A stretch of DNA of 32,000 nt. It comes from Candidatus Heimdallarchaeota archaeon B3_Heim. GTDB lineage: Archaea; Asgardarchaeota; Heimdallarchaeia; Hodarchaeales; Hodarchaeaceae. The notes under the pieces were generated by a model. That model was not told where the DNA came from. It did no database searches and worked only from the letters and a program-made list of their open reading frames with translations. Below are positions 17,109 to 26,601 of this stretch, one piece after another. How positions within the stretch are numbered: the first letter of the stretch is position 1; every line of letters starts with the position of its first letter. The translations under genes were made by a program, and so were the position numbers. The stretch lies in assembly GCA_003144275.1 (NCBI GenBank), contig NJBF01000027.1:1-32000 (forward strand), in the 5' to 3' direction.

Positions 17109-17882
17109 ATGGATAATCAACAGGATAAATTAGAACATTTGAAAAAAAAGACAAAACCATTCTATTTTGACGGTTCAGAAACAGGTGTTCTTCTAACTCA
17201 CGGACTCACTGCATCACCAACAGAAATGTTATCTCTTGGCCAATTCTTGCATAAAAATGGCTTTAGTGTTCATGGCGTACGGTTAGCAGGACATGGAACC
17301 AATTATCGTGATCTTCCAAAATATTCGTATCTCGATTGGTTAAATTCCTGTACAGAAGGGTTAAACCTACTAACTAAGAATTGTGATACGATCATACCAA
17401 TTGGGATATCAATGGGAGCTCTTCTATCAATCCTTCTAATTCATCAACATCAGGACATACATTTCAAGAAACTAGTACTTTTAGCCCCCGCTTTTAAGCT
17501 AAAATCAAAATTAGCGGCACTAGCGCCGATATTGTCTTATTTTATCAAATTTGTGTATAAAGGAGATGATGTACTTCAATACTATATGGATCATGATCTC
17601 TACGCTTATTATTATTATCCTACAAAGGCAATTGCCCAGTTTATGAGCCTTCGCCGGTATTTTCAAAAACAATCAATACAAATTAATATACCCACGCTTA
17701 TAGCTTATGGAAACTTGGATGATACAATTGAGGTTACTGAAATTGATAAAGTAACTAATGAAAAATTCAGTCCAGAGGCAAAAATAGAGATTGACACATT
17801 TCCACACTCAGGACATAACTTCACTACTGATCCAGATGCTCGAGAGCTGTTTGAACGAATAAAAATGTTCATAGACGATTAA
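17109..17882 (+). CDS. Alpha/beta hydrolase, carboxylesterase/monoacylglycerol lipase-like (Est30/YvaK type)
   Basis: LLTHGLTASP oxyanion motif, nucleophile GISMG, Asp (G.LDDTI) and His (SGHNF) completing the triad. Confidence 0.92.
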   Translation: MDNQQDKLEHLKKKTKPFYFDGSETGVLLTHGLTASPTEMLSLGQFLHKNGFSVHGVRLAGHGTNYRDLPKYSYLDWLNSCTEGLNLLTKNCDTIIPIGISMGALLSILLIHQHQDIHFKKLVLLAPAFKLKSKLAALAPILSYFIKFVYKGDDVLQYYMDHDLYAYYYYPTKAIAQFMSLRRYFQKQSIQINIPTLIAYGNLDDTIEVTEIDKVTNEKFSPEAKIEIDTFPHSGHNFTTDPDARELFERIKMFIDD

Positions 17883-19219
17883 TTTGAATTTTCTAGGGGT
17901 GCAAGAGGAAGAGTAAATGAAATAGTTGTTCCCTCTCCTTCTTTGCTCTCCAACCATATCTTACATTCATGGGTTTCGATAATTTTCTTTACTTGTGCTA
18001 GTCCAATACCTGACCCTTCTATTTCTTCATTCACATTTGATGCTCGGGTGAATAAATTGAATACTTGAGTCAATGAATTTTCTGGTATTCCAATTCCATT
18101 GTCTTTTACATGAATCTTAACATATTCAGAGTCTTGATCACTAATACCAATTCTTATTAAAGGAGAAGATTGGTTTCCCATGAATTTAATACAATTTCCT
18201 ATTAAATTATCAAAAAGTTGAACCATTCGATTCAATTCAACATTTACCTTTGGAAATTTTGTCTCCAACTCTACCTTAATATTCTTACTTTGGAAGTCTT
18301 GTGAAAACCTGCTAAGAGATTCAGTTAGAATCACCGATAGATTCACTGAAGTTCTTTCTTGTGAAAATCTTCCAATACGAGAATATTCAAGTATTTCATC
18401 AATCATTGCTATGACATGATGAGTGTTATGTTTCATTCGCTCAAGATAAAATGAGCTGTCTGATGTAAGAATATTCCCTGCATCGGTCTTTAAAGTCTCA
18501 ATAAAGCCTAAAATAGAAATGACAGGAGTCTTTAAATCATGACTAACGCTATACACGAACTCTTCAACCTCTTGAGTCTTTAGTCGAAGTTCCTGTGTCT
18601 GTGACTTGATTTTTTTAAGTAATTCGGATCGTTGCTCGTTTTCTCTTTGCAACCGTTGTGAATCATCCAAAATCTGCGTTTTAGCGCGTTTTACTGCCTT
18701 CTTAAGTTCAATATTTACATAATTGAGTGTTAATAAGCTCGAAATAGTCTGAAAGAAATCTAGATCTACTTTTTGCAACCCCAAAGGTTCTTCAAAACTA
18801 ATCAAACCGAAGAAGCAATGCGGTGTATGTTTAGTATCGATGCGAGAAATGAGCATTTCTTGAATAGCCTTGCCTCCAAGTGAAATGGAGTTTGTACTAA
18901 GCTCACCAAAACGATGATATGAAACATCAGAATCAAGTTTTTGTGTTTTAAGGTCGTCTAAAAAATCTGAAACATCTTTAGACGAGAAAATAAGTCTTGT
19001 TGGATAGATAAGCAGTCCTGGTCTTGTAGTTGGACTACTCAAGAACAAAAATGTAAAGGAATAATAATCCTTTAGAAATAAATGTAAGGTTCTAAGAATT
19101 GCATTAGGAGAGTTGAGATTAATCAGTTTTCGTGACAGACTCTGTATTATCTTAGCCCTGTTGGATTCCGTCAACGATTTCTTGTGGAACTCTTTAACTT
19201 CTGTCTTCAAACAACTCAA
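17879..19219 (-). CDS. Soluble sensor histidine kinase (GAF-like input, coiled coil, HisKA, HATPase_c)
   Basis: H-box VSHDLKTP, N-box QLFDNLIGNCIKF, G1 DNGIGIP, G2 GSGIGL, GEGTT; no TM helix. Confidence 0.93.
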   Translation of the reverse strand: MSCLKTEVKEFHKKSLTESNRAKIIQSLSRKLINLNSPNAILRTLHLFLKDYYSFTFLFLSSPTTRPGLLIYPTRLIFSSKDVSDFLDDLKTQKLDSDVSYHRFGELSTNSISLGGKAIQEMLISRIDTKHTPHCFFGLISFEEPLGLQKVDLDFFQTISSLLTLNYVNIELKKAVKRAKTQILDDSQRLQRENEQRSELLKKIKSQTQELRLKTQEVEEFVYSVSHDLKTPVISILGFIETLKTDAGNILTSDSSFYLERMKHNTHHVIAMIDEILEYSRIGRFSQERTSVNLSVILTESLSRFSQDFQSKNIKVELETKFPKVNVELNRMVQLFDNLIGNCIKFMGNQSSPLIRIGISDQDSEYVKIHVKDNGIGIPENSLTQVFNLFTRASNVNEEIEGSGIGLAQVKKIIETHECKIWLESKEGEGTTISFTLPLAPLENSN

Positions 19220-19443
19220 CTAATCACTCGTTTCTATGAATCAATATTTCAAATCTTATATTTAAAGGATTCATTTTATCCCAGCTTCGGTTGACATTGA
19301 AGCGGGAAACATTTCTTAGGTTAAAATTATGCTTTACTTAGTACTTTTCAAAGAAAATAATTTTACGCTAACTAAGCGACAGTTAACGTCATAGAGAAAA
19401 TAGAAATTCCTTCCCCATATTATAAGAGATTTTAAAAAAAACC

Positions 19444-19674
19444 TTATACTGAAACAACGTCTTTTAGGTCTGGAAAATTCTGTTGAAGAGCTCTTTTAAT
19501 TCCGTTTGAAAGTGTCATCTGAGAATAGGCGCAACCTCGGCAGGCACCCATCAAACGCACTTTAAGAATACCGCTATCAACGTCATAATCAACATATTCG
19601 ACATCGCCACCATCTCGTTGAAGAGCTGGTCTTATCTGTTCCAAATTAGTTACGATTTGATCTTTAATGGACAT
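19444..19674 (-). CDS. NifU/Nfu-domain Fe-S cluster carrier
   Basis: IRPALQRDGGDVE...VRLMGACRGC (CxxC); single 76-aa domain; purine-rich SD-like AAGGAAGGA upstream. Confidence 0.93.
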   Translation of the reverse strand: MSIKDQIVTNLEQIRPALQRDGGDVEYVDYDVDSGILKVRLMGACRGCAYSQMTLSNGIKRALQQNFPDLKDVVSV

Positions 19675-19741
19675 AGATTATCCTTCCTTACTGAGGGGGG
19701 GTTCTATAGTTTTCTATATTAGCATTTCGTTACTGAATCCG

Positions 19742-20755
19742 TCAGTCCTTTAGATAATGACCATTTAACGAGGTGTCATTTGCTATGACTAAATCTCCTA
19801 TATCAATAGCTACTTCTCGTAATTGGCCCAAAAAACTAATTAGTGAAGTTAATTTAGAAACTACCTCTTTATCATGCTTAGAAATGTCTTCTTGAATTTC
19901 TTTATGTATATTTTTCAATTGATTATCAATTCTATGCTTTAACTCTTCAGCTGCTAAAACATCTCCAGCAAAAAACGAATCCAAACTCTCAGCTAATGCC
20001 ATCGTTATTAAACTACTTAATTTTTTTATCTTATTCAATGAAGACTTAGCAAGTGTACTTTTCATATTCTGATTCTTTTTTACTGTTGTAGCAAAATCAA
20101 CTGAAGCGTCTCCTAAGTTTTCACCATATGCTGCTACCATACGCCAATCCAAACATGTTGTTGGCTTGATATTGGAAATTTCCCTCTTATCGTTTACCAT
20201 GATCTTCAGCATTCTTACAATGAGGAAATATAAGCGATTTACTTCCACATCTCTTTCGATTACTTCTTCTGCGAGGGTAATATCGTCATTTATGAAAGCA
20301 GATATTGCATCACTTTGCATCTGATTGGCTATAGAGAAGCACCTGTGGACATATTCGCGGGGATTTGGGAGTGAACTTGAATCAATTAAGAAGTGTAGCT
20401 CGATACTTTCTTGTGTTTCCCCAAGGATTTCTAAACCTACAAGTTGTCGGCTTAGATCTCGAATTACACTTTTTTTTTGAAGAGGAGTATCCTTTGTTGA
20501 TTCGATGATTATTACATCACTACCTAATAAATAAGCGGCAAGAACATCGCGACTTACATGTGCAGACTCTTTAATTCTAGTTATTCTTTTTTCTACAGGA
20601 ATTTCAGTTGGATAAATTAATAATTCACCGGAGGACATTTCTTTAATTACAACATTTGATCCTTTATCGAGTTGATGACGCGCAGCCCAATCTTTTGGTA
20701 AAGAGATAATCCTAGTGTCACCCGCTCCAGTAACTTGGATTTTACGAATTTCCAT
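19742..20755 (-). CDS. Archaeal phosphate-uptake regulator (AbrB-type N-domain plus PhoU domains)
   Basis: RKIQVTG...IISLPKDWA AbrB start, AAYLLG.D.I.I, RQLVGLEI, VIERDVEVNRLYFLIVR, E.LGD PhoU motifs. Confidence 0.9.
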   Translation of the reverse strand: MEIRKIQVTGAGDTRIISLPKDWAARHQLDKGSNVVIKEMSSGELLIYPTEIPVEKRITRIKESAHVSRDVLAAYLLGSDVIIIESTKDTPLQKKSVIRDLSRQLVGLEILGETQESIELHFLIDSSSLPNPREYVHRCFSIANQMQSDAISAFINDDITLAEEVIERDVEVNRLYFLIVRMLKIMVNDKREISNIKPTTCLDWRMVAAYGENLGDASVDFATTVKKNQNMKSTLAKSSLNKIKKLSSLITMALAESLDSFFAGDVLAAEELKHRIDNQLKNIHKEIQEDISKHDKEVVSKLTSLISFLGQLREVAIDIGDLVIANDTSLNGHYLKD

Positions 20756-20850
20756 CCTTTGATGAGTCTCCGTTGTTGATTCTCATTATTTCCCTAAGTC
20801 ATGTTGTTTTATATATATTCGTACATAAACAACGAGTCAGATTTGTCTAC

Positions 20851-21954
20851 TCATATCTCCAGAAGCTCAAATCGTGGTATTTCACTTGCAGAAATTCCGT
20901 CATCCATTTTGATAACGTTATCTTCTATTCTAATTCCAAATTTTCCTGGAAGATATATACCAGGCTCAATAGTAAAGCAATTACCTGTTCTCAAAGGAGT
21001 TTTATTACCTTCAAGAATATAAGGGTGTTCATGTACCTCTAGCCCCAATCCATGACCAGTACGATGTGTGAAGAATTTTCCGTACCCTTTTTTAGATATT
21101 ACATCACGAGTTCCCAGATCAATATCATGTGGAGTCCGTCCTTGGATCGCTAATTCCTTTCCACGAATATTTGCTTGGTTTACAAGTTCAAAAATCTCTT
21201 TAAATTTATCACTCGCTTTTCCAAAAACACTAGTAATTGTAATATCTCCCCAATAGTTTTCAACGGTACCTCCTGCATCTATCAATACTACATCATCCCT
21301 TTTTAATTGTCTATCGCCCCCATGATAATGAGGTAATGCAGAGTTATCTCCAAATTGGACTAAACTGAAGACGGATTCATTAGCTCCCCAGAGTAATCGA
21401 TTTTTGAGTATACTCTGAACTTCAAATTCAGTCAATCCCTGTTCAAGTTCATAAAGAGTTTTGATTATTACTTCACTAGTTTTTTTGTATGCCTGTTGCA
21501 TTTTCTTTATTTCGAATTCATCTTTTACCATTCGTAGTGAATTGAATAATTTCTCTGCATTAACGAACTCTTTTCCAGGTAAACAATGTGATATAGATTG
21601 GTACACAGAGAACCACAATTTTGGTTCAATGCCAATCGTTTTTACACTCTTTGGGATTATATCATTAGCTAATATTGTGAGGGGATTCTCAGTTTCCTCC
21701 CATCCCGTAACATCCGAGCCCCCAGTCACTTTTTTGATGCGATCTGATTCAAAAGCAGGAACAAGAAATTTTGGTGGATCTTCTGACCCAATAATGGTGA
21801 TTAACAGTCTTTCTGATGGTTCCTCCTTGATTTTATATAGCCATCTGAAATTAATACCGAGTGGTGCAATTATTATATCAATATTAGCTTCTCTCATTTC
21901 GTGTTGTAGTTTTTCAACCTTGGACAGCTTTGGATTCATTAATAACCATCTCAA
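20851..21954 (-). CDS. pepQ: Xaa-Pro peptidase, M24 family
   Basis: Creatinase N-domain, R.VKDEFEI, PHY, IDAG, GDITIT, HRTGHGLGLEVHE, TIEPGIY, GIRIEDNV. The start may be a few codons downstream. Confidence 0.93.
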   Translation of the reverse strand: MRWLLMNPKLSKVEKLQHEMREANIDIIIAPLGINFRWLYKIKEEPSERLLITIIGSEDPPKFLVPAFESDRIKKVTGGSDVTGWEETENPLTILANDIIPKSVKTIGIEPKLWFSVYQSISHCLPGKEFVNAEKLFNSLRMVKDEFEIKKMQQAYKKTSEVIIKTLYELEQGLTEFEVQSILKNRLLWGANESVFSLVQFGDNSALPHYHGGDRQLKRDDVVLIDAGGTVENYWGDITITSVFGKASDKFKEIFELVNQANIRGKELAIQGRTPHDIDLGTRDVISKKGYGKFFTHRTGHGLGLEVHEHPYILEGNKTPLRTGNCFTIEPGIYLPGKFGIRIEDNVIKMDDGISASEIPRFELLEI

Positions 21955-22017
21955 ACATAAATTAGATCTTAGGTCCTTTTCGTCAATCTTTTATTAGTAA
22001 TAGTCTATTATCTTTTT

Positions 22018-23916
22018 GTGAAAGCTACGAGTGATGTGAGTGATCAGTTATCCATTATAAACAAATATCTTCAAAGTATTGCTTTTGGAGATATTGAATA
22101 TTTGGATACAAAGAAAAGGGAAAAAGAGATAATAGCCAGTCTTCGAGGAATTACAAATAAAGACTCGTACTTTCTGTTGAGTGGTAAGCTCTTTTCACAG
22201 GTTATCACTGATAAAATGGCATTGTACAATAAATCTCGTCAAATTGAATTTTTATGGCAACAGGACTTCATGGACATTTTTAAGAAAGTGTATGAAGAGA
22301 CACGGGCGACTGGGAATGAACCTTGGGAAGCCGAAGTTCAGACTGCAAAGATTTTATGGAATTCAATAGAAGATGACAAGTTTTCCCATACAGCTGAAAG
22401 CATTTTAGACTTCCGGGACAGTCGTTTAACTTATGAAATAGATCTAGAGCTCATTGAAAGGTTCAATGTTCAGAGAAATTTAATTAATACAGTTAGAAGC
22501 TCGGTAACCCTTCTTCGCTCCCCTTCTTCGATCTATCAAGAATCATCAAGTTTAGTTGAAAAAGCTATAAAACTGTATGAAGCTAAGCGATACAAAGAGA
22601 CCAATGTTTTATTTGAACTAGCTCTAAAAAACATTCAAGCACTAGAAGGAAATGCCACAGCTGTTTCATTCGCCGTCCTAGCTGGATGTCTTCAAATATT
22701 AAATAGCGTGACTATCTCGAAAGGGCTATATCTTTTTCAACGTGCTGATAAGATTATTGAGATTCTTGAGGATAAATCTGGTATCGGTGATAGTCTGGAT
22801 GAAATGGCGCGTGGTTATTGGAGGATCGGATTGTACAAAAAAACATTAGATATGCTTTCTATGAAATTCTATATCCATACCATACAGAAAAGTGAACTTT
22901 CCATCATGTTCACGGAAGATAAGCTTAGTAATTTCTTCTATAATTTGCACCGATATATTGAAGCTCAAGAATGGGCATTACATTTTTTGAATTCAGCGGT
23001 CAGATCGACAGATGACGATTTAAAGATCACTTACTTTTTACAGGCAAATTTGAATTATGCGAAAATTCTAAAGGGTCTGAATTCGTGGGCAAAAGCCATA
23101 GAACACTTGAACTATGCAGAGAGAACACTTAATCATTTAGATCTCTCAAGTGAAATAAGAAATCCTCTTCAACTTGACATTTCTCGCACTCGTGGGGACA
23201 TTGCAGTTGCTAGAGGCGATTTTGGGACCGCGAAACGAATTTTTGAGAGTGGAAGGGAGAAAATTGTTTCTCTTAGAACTACATCTCCTGTATTCACCCG
23301 TTTCTTACGTTCAGAAGCAATTTTCTATAGAAATCAACTCGACTTCACAGAAGGCATCAATGTTCTCCAACCACTATTTCAAGAAAAGAATAAAACTAAC
23401 CCCCGAAATGTTTCCCTATTAGCAGAACTTCTAACTCTCCATTCACATGAAGATGCTGCCTTGAAACTTTTAGAAAAGGCAGAAGACCAACTAAATCAAT
23501 GGAATTCTATAACAGGATTGTCCCTCATTTATTTAAGTAAGGGATATACCTACTTATTAATGGAAAATTTTAGTGAAGCTTCAAAGTGGTTCCACAATTC
23601 GTTAGACATTATTAGTACTGATTTAGTGAATCTGAAAAGTTATATTGATGCGCATCTAAGCTTAGGATACATTGAGCTTGAAAAAGGTAATCTAAAACTT
23701 GCTGAACGTCATCAAGCATTTGCTGATGAGAAAGCATCAACCAGTGGGAGTTTAGGGTTATTACTAGATGCACAATTCTTAAAAGCCAATTTACGAATAA
23801 AACAAGGCTTCCAGGTGAATGGAATGAATATGATTCGGCAGATAGCCCAAGAATCCAAAGATTTAGAAATTAGCTTTATGTATTCCAAAGCAAGATCTCG
23901 CTTAAATCAAAATTGA
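22018..23916 (+). CDS. Tetratricopeptide-repeat (alpha-solenoid) protein
   Basis: Repeated helical units with TPR-like small/aromatic pattern (e.g. LNYAKILKGLNSWAKAIEHLNYAE; LSKGYTYLLMENFSEASKWFHNSL; LSLGYIELEKGNLKLAERHQAFA). No catalytic motif seen. Confidence 0.75.
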   Translation: MKATSDVSDQLSIINKYLQSIAFGDIEYLDTKKREKEIIASLRGITNKDSYFLLSGKLFSQVITDKMALYNKSRQIEFLWQQDFMDIFKKVYEETRATGNEPWEAEVQTAKILWNSIEDDKFSHTAESILDFRDSRLTYEIDLELIERFNVQRNLINTVRSSVTLLRSPSSIYQESSSLVEKAIKLYEAKRYKETNVLFELALKNIQALEGNATAVSFAVLAGCLQILNSVTISKGLYLFQRADKIIEILEDKSGIGDSLDEMARGYWRIGLYKKTLDMLSMKFYIHTIQKSELSIMFTEDKLSNFFYNLHRYIEAQEWALHFLNSAVRSTDDDLKITYFLQANLNYAKILKGLNSWAKAIEHLNYAERTLNHLDLSSEIRNPLQLDISRTRGDIAVARGDFGTAKRIFESGREKIVSLRTTSPVFTRFLRSEAIFYRNQLDFTEGINVLQPLFQEKNKTNPRNVSLLAELLTLHSHEDAALKLLEKAEDQLNQWNSITGLSLIYLSKGYTYLLMENFSEASKWFHNSLDIISTDLVNLKSYIDAHLSLGYIELEKGNLKLAERHQAFADEKASTSGSLGLLLDAQFLKANLRIKQGFQVNGMNMIRQIAQESKDLEISFMYSKARSRLNQN

Positions 23917-23936
23917 TTGATTTTGATATTTTTGAA

Positions 23937-25559
23937 CTAGAAAAACTCTGATAGGGTTTTTGGAGGCTTTTTTGCTTTTTTCTGTTTCTTTTTTGTTTTT
24001 TCTGTTTTTGTTTTATCTACGGATAATGTTTGATCAGAAGGGAGTTTTTTAGTCGATTTTTTCTTTTTCGGAGAACGAGAGGCTTTTGATTTTCTTCTTT
24101 TCTCCTTTTTTTCAGACATAGCAAGCTTCAGTTTATAAGATTTCTTCAATGCTTCTTGTTGTTCTTGCACTTCTAGTAGAGTATTTTCATCAATATCTTG
24201 TTTCTGTATTTTCTCAATAAGTGGATATTTAGAACGAATAAGGCTTTTTATTTTTCTATTTATCGCAAGATCTTTAGCAAAATAATCTATTTCTTTATTC
24301 CAGACAATTTTAGTTTTTCGTTTACCTGCTTCAATATCAAATAGCTTAAATTCAAGCGCTAAATCAGCTGCCATCACAGGATCATTATTGAAAATTACCC
24401 TGAGATATGGAAAGATATCACGGATTGCAACATTTGCCGAAACTAAGCAGGATTTTCCCACTTTCAAAGCAATGTTCTTCCCTCTACGTTGCCTTGAAAG
24501 CGTTATCCAAAATTGGGGGACTTGTAGCTGCCAATCTTGGAAGGGCGGTAAATAATCAATTGTAGGGAGAAGGGCTGTTAATCCTTTGGTCACATGAAAA
24601 TAGTAATAATATAACTGAGACCAAATTCGTTGACGAGAGGCACGGCTTAAAGCCAGATCTGCTCTAGATAACAGTGAATATACCTCTGCTAATAGTTTAT
24701 AATCATCTTGTCCTATTATTCTTGCAGTAACATCCCGTAATATCAAGAGCAGCTTATTGTAATCAACATCAGTAAGTAAGCGAGTCTGACGAGCAGCTTT
24801 TTCTCCATCTCGTTCAATAAAAACACTTCTGAGAAATTCACGAATGTCGACTGATTGGTCTCGATACGATAGAATAGATAAATCCCCTTCAGTAATTACA
24901 TTTCTTCCACTCGAGAGTGTTTGTAAGGAGTTAATTGAGCCACGAATATCATATTTGCTGTTTTTAATGATAACAAGAAGGACTTTGTCAGTAACCGTTA
25001 TGGACTCTGCTTTGGCTATTCTTTTAAGAATTTTTATGATCTCGTTTTCTTCAGGAGAATCAAACCTGCTTAGCTCGCAATGAGAACGCAATGTCCTGAA
25101 TTTTTGATTAGAAATATCGTTTGCTGTTAGAATAATAGGCACTCGTGTTGATTTAATTATTTCGATAATCTCTCTAATCCCACCACGATCAGCGGTCCCA
25201 CTTAAACCATCAACCTCATCAATTAGTAGTATTTGGCCAACGATTTTATCATTTAGACTTTCCGCTAAAGAGCTAAATTGAGAGGCATTTTTCACGGTCT
25301 GAAGAGATGATTTATTTCGTTTATCACTAGCATTAACTATTACAACATCAAAATTTAGAGATTTTGCCACTGCTATGACCGAACTCGTTTTACCAATTCC
25401 TGGCGGTCCGAAAAGCAGCAAAGCATTCTTAGATTTTTTTGTTTTCAATTTAGAATTTCTAAAACGGTTTAAAAAACCAATAATTGAATTAACGCTAGTA
25501 GTATTACCAATAACTTCAGATCTGCTTTGGGGCGCATATTTATGCGTCCAGGATACCAA
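23937..25559 (-). CDS. rfcL: Replication factor C large subunit
   Basis: W..KY.P, Walker A GPPGIGKTS, NASD.R, Walker B IDEVDG, D.RG.IN.LQ, Lys-rich tail ending in PIP-like TLSEFF. Confidence 0.95.
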   Translation of the reverse strand: MVSWTHKYAPQSRSEVIGNTTSVNSIIGFLNRFRNSKLKTKKSKNALLLFGPPGIGKTSSVIAVAKSLNFDVVIVNASDKRNKSSLQTVKNASQFSSLAESLNDKIVGQILLIDEVDGLSGTADRGGIREIIEIIKSTRVPIILTANDISNQKFRTLRSHCELSRFDSPEENEIIKILKRIAKAESITVTDKVLLVIIKNSKYDIRGSINSLQTLSSGRNVITEGDLSILSYRDQSVDIREFLRSVFIERDGEKAARQTRLLTDVDYNKLLLILRDVTARIIGQDDYKLLAEVYSLLSRADLALSRASRQRIWSQLYYYYFHVTKGLTALLPTIDYLPPFQDWQLQVPQFWITLSRQRRGKNIALKVGKSCLVSANVAIRDIFPYLRVIFNNDPVMAADLALEFKLFDIEAGKRKTKIVWNKEIDYFAKDLAINRKIKSLIRSKYPLIEKIQKQDIDENTLLEVQEQQEALKKSYKLKLAMSEKKEKRRKSKASRSPKKKKSTKKLPSDQTLSVDKTKTEKTKKKQKKAKKPPKTLSEFF

Positions 25560-25569
25560 AAAATTAACC

Positions 25570-26550
25570 TCAGCTTTGAGAAAGTGCTATTAATTTAGCA
25601 AGAAATGCATCAAATTGTACTAAAGGATTACATCCTGAAGCTAGACGATAATCAACATCGGAAAGCATCGCAAGCGCTTCATACCGAAGTGATCCAGGAA
25701 GATCCTTTTCAGGTATTGTACTTAATTGACCGTTGAAATGCTTTACTAAATCTTGTCCTGAAAGACCATAAGCCTCCATTAAATTAACTACCTTTTTTCG
25801 AGCCGCATTAAAATTAGGTTTGGAACCAATACAATTATGAATAATTTCAGATAGTTCAGCTGGTTTGACATACCCTTGAACTTGATAAACTACTTTATCA
25901 GTTACCTCTGTAGTTAGAGAAGAAGCGGCCTGTAAAGCATTTATTGCTTGTCTCATGTCCCCTTCTGAACTCTCATAAAGTGCTTCTAGACCTTTTTCAT
26001 CAACTATTAGTTTTTTCTTTGTAGCGATGAACTGTAATCGAGACATCACTTCTTTTTTTTGCAATCCTTTGAATCGGAAAATTGCACATCTAGATTGAAT
26101 GGGAGATATAATCTTTGAGCTATAATTGCATATAAGAATAAATCGCGTGATTTCATTATAAGTTTCCATAGTACGACGTAGAGCGTGCTGAGCTTCGCTG
26201 GTCATTTGGTCAGCTTCATCAAGAATGATAAGTTTGAATTTTGCTCCTCCTGATGGTAGTACGCGTGCAAAATTTTTGATATCTTCACGAACCACATTAA
26301 TCCCGCGGTCATCTGACGCATTGAGACGTTTTACGTTCGCTGCCCGTTGAGCAAGAGTAAATATTTCATTTATTACCGCTTCTGCGGACGTTGTCTTTCC
26401 TACTCCTGGAGGACCAGAAAATAACATATGAGGGAAATCAGCTTGAGTTCCAAGCTGCTTTAATCTACCAACAATTTCTTGTTGTCCAACTACCTCATCC
26501 AAAGTTCTGGGACGAAAAAATTCAGTCCACATTCGTTCTGTGGTAACCAC
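25570..26550 (-). CDS. rfcS: Replication factor C small subunit
   Basis: RP..LDEVVGQ, GPPGVGKTT, LNASDDRGI.VVR, ILDEAD.MT..AQ.ALRR.ME, SRC motif, GDMR.AIN.LQ; no intein. Confidence 0.97.
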   Translation of the reverse strand: MVTTERMWTEFFRPRTLDEVVGQQEIVGRLKQLGTQADFPHMLFSGPPGVGKTTSAEAVINEIFTLAQRAANVKRLNASDDRGINVVREDIKNFARVLPSGGAKFKLIILDEADQMTSEAQHALRRTMETYNEITRFILICNYSSKIISPIQSRCAIFRFKGLQKKEVMSRLQFIATKKKLIVDEKGLEALYESSEGDMRQAINALQAASSLTTEVTDKVVYQVQGYVKPAELSEIIHNCIGSKPNFNAARKKVVNLMEAYGLSGQDLVKHFNGQLSTIPEKDLPGSLRYEALAMLSDVDYRLASGCNPLVQFDAFLAKLIALSQS

Positions 26551-26601
26551 TATTAATCACAAACGCATAGAAATATTAGAGGAAAAAAGAAAATGGTTTG
26601 G

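Noticed and set aside
10989-26550. Inteins in RtcB or RFC-S (known insertion hotspots)
   Set aside because: Both proteins are normal length with uninterrupted motifs.
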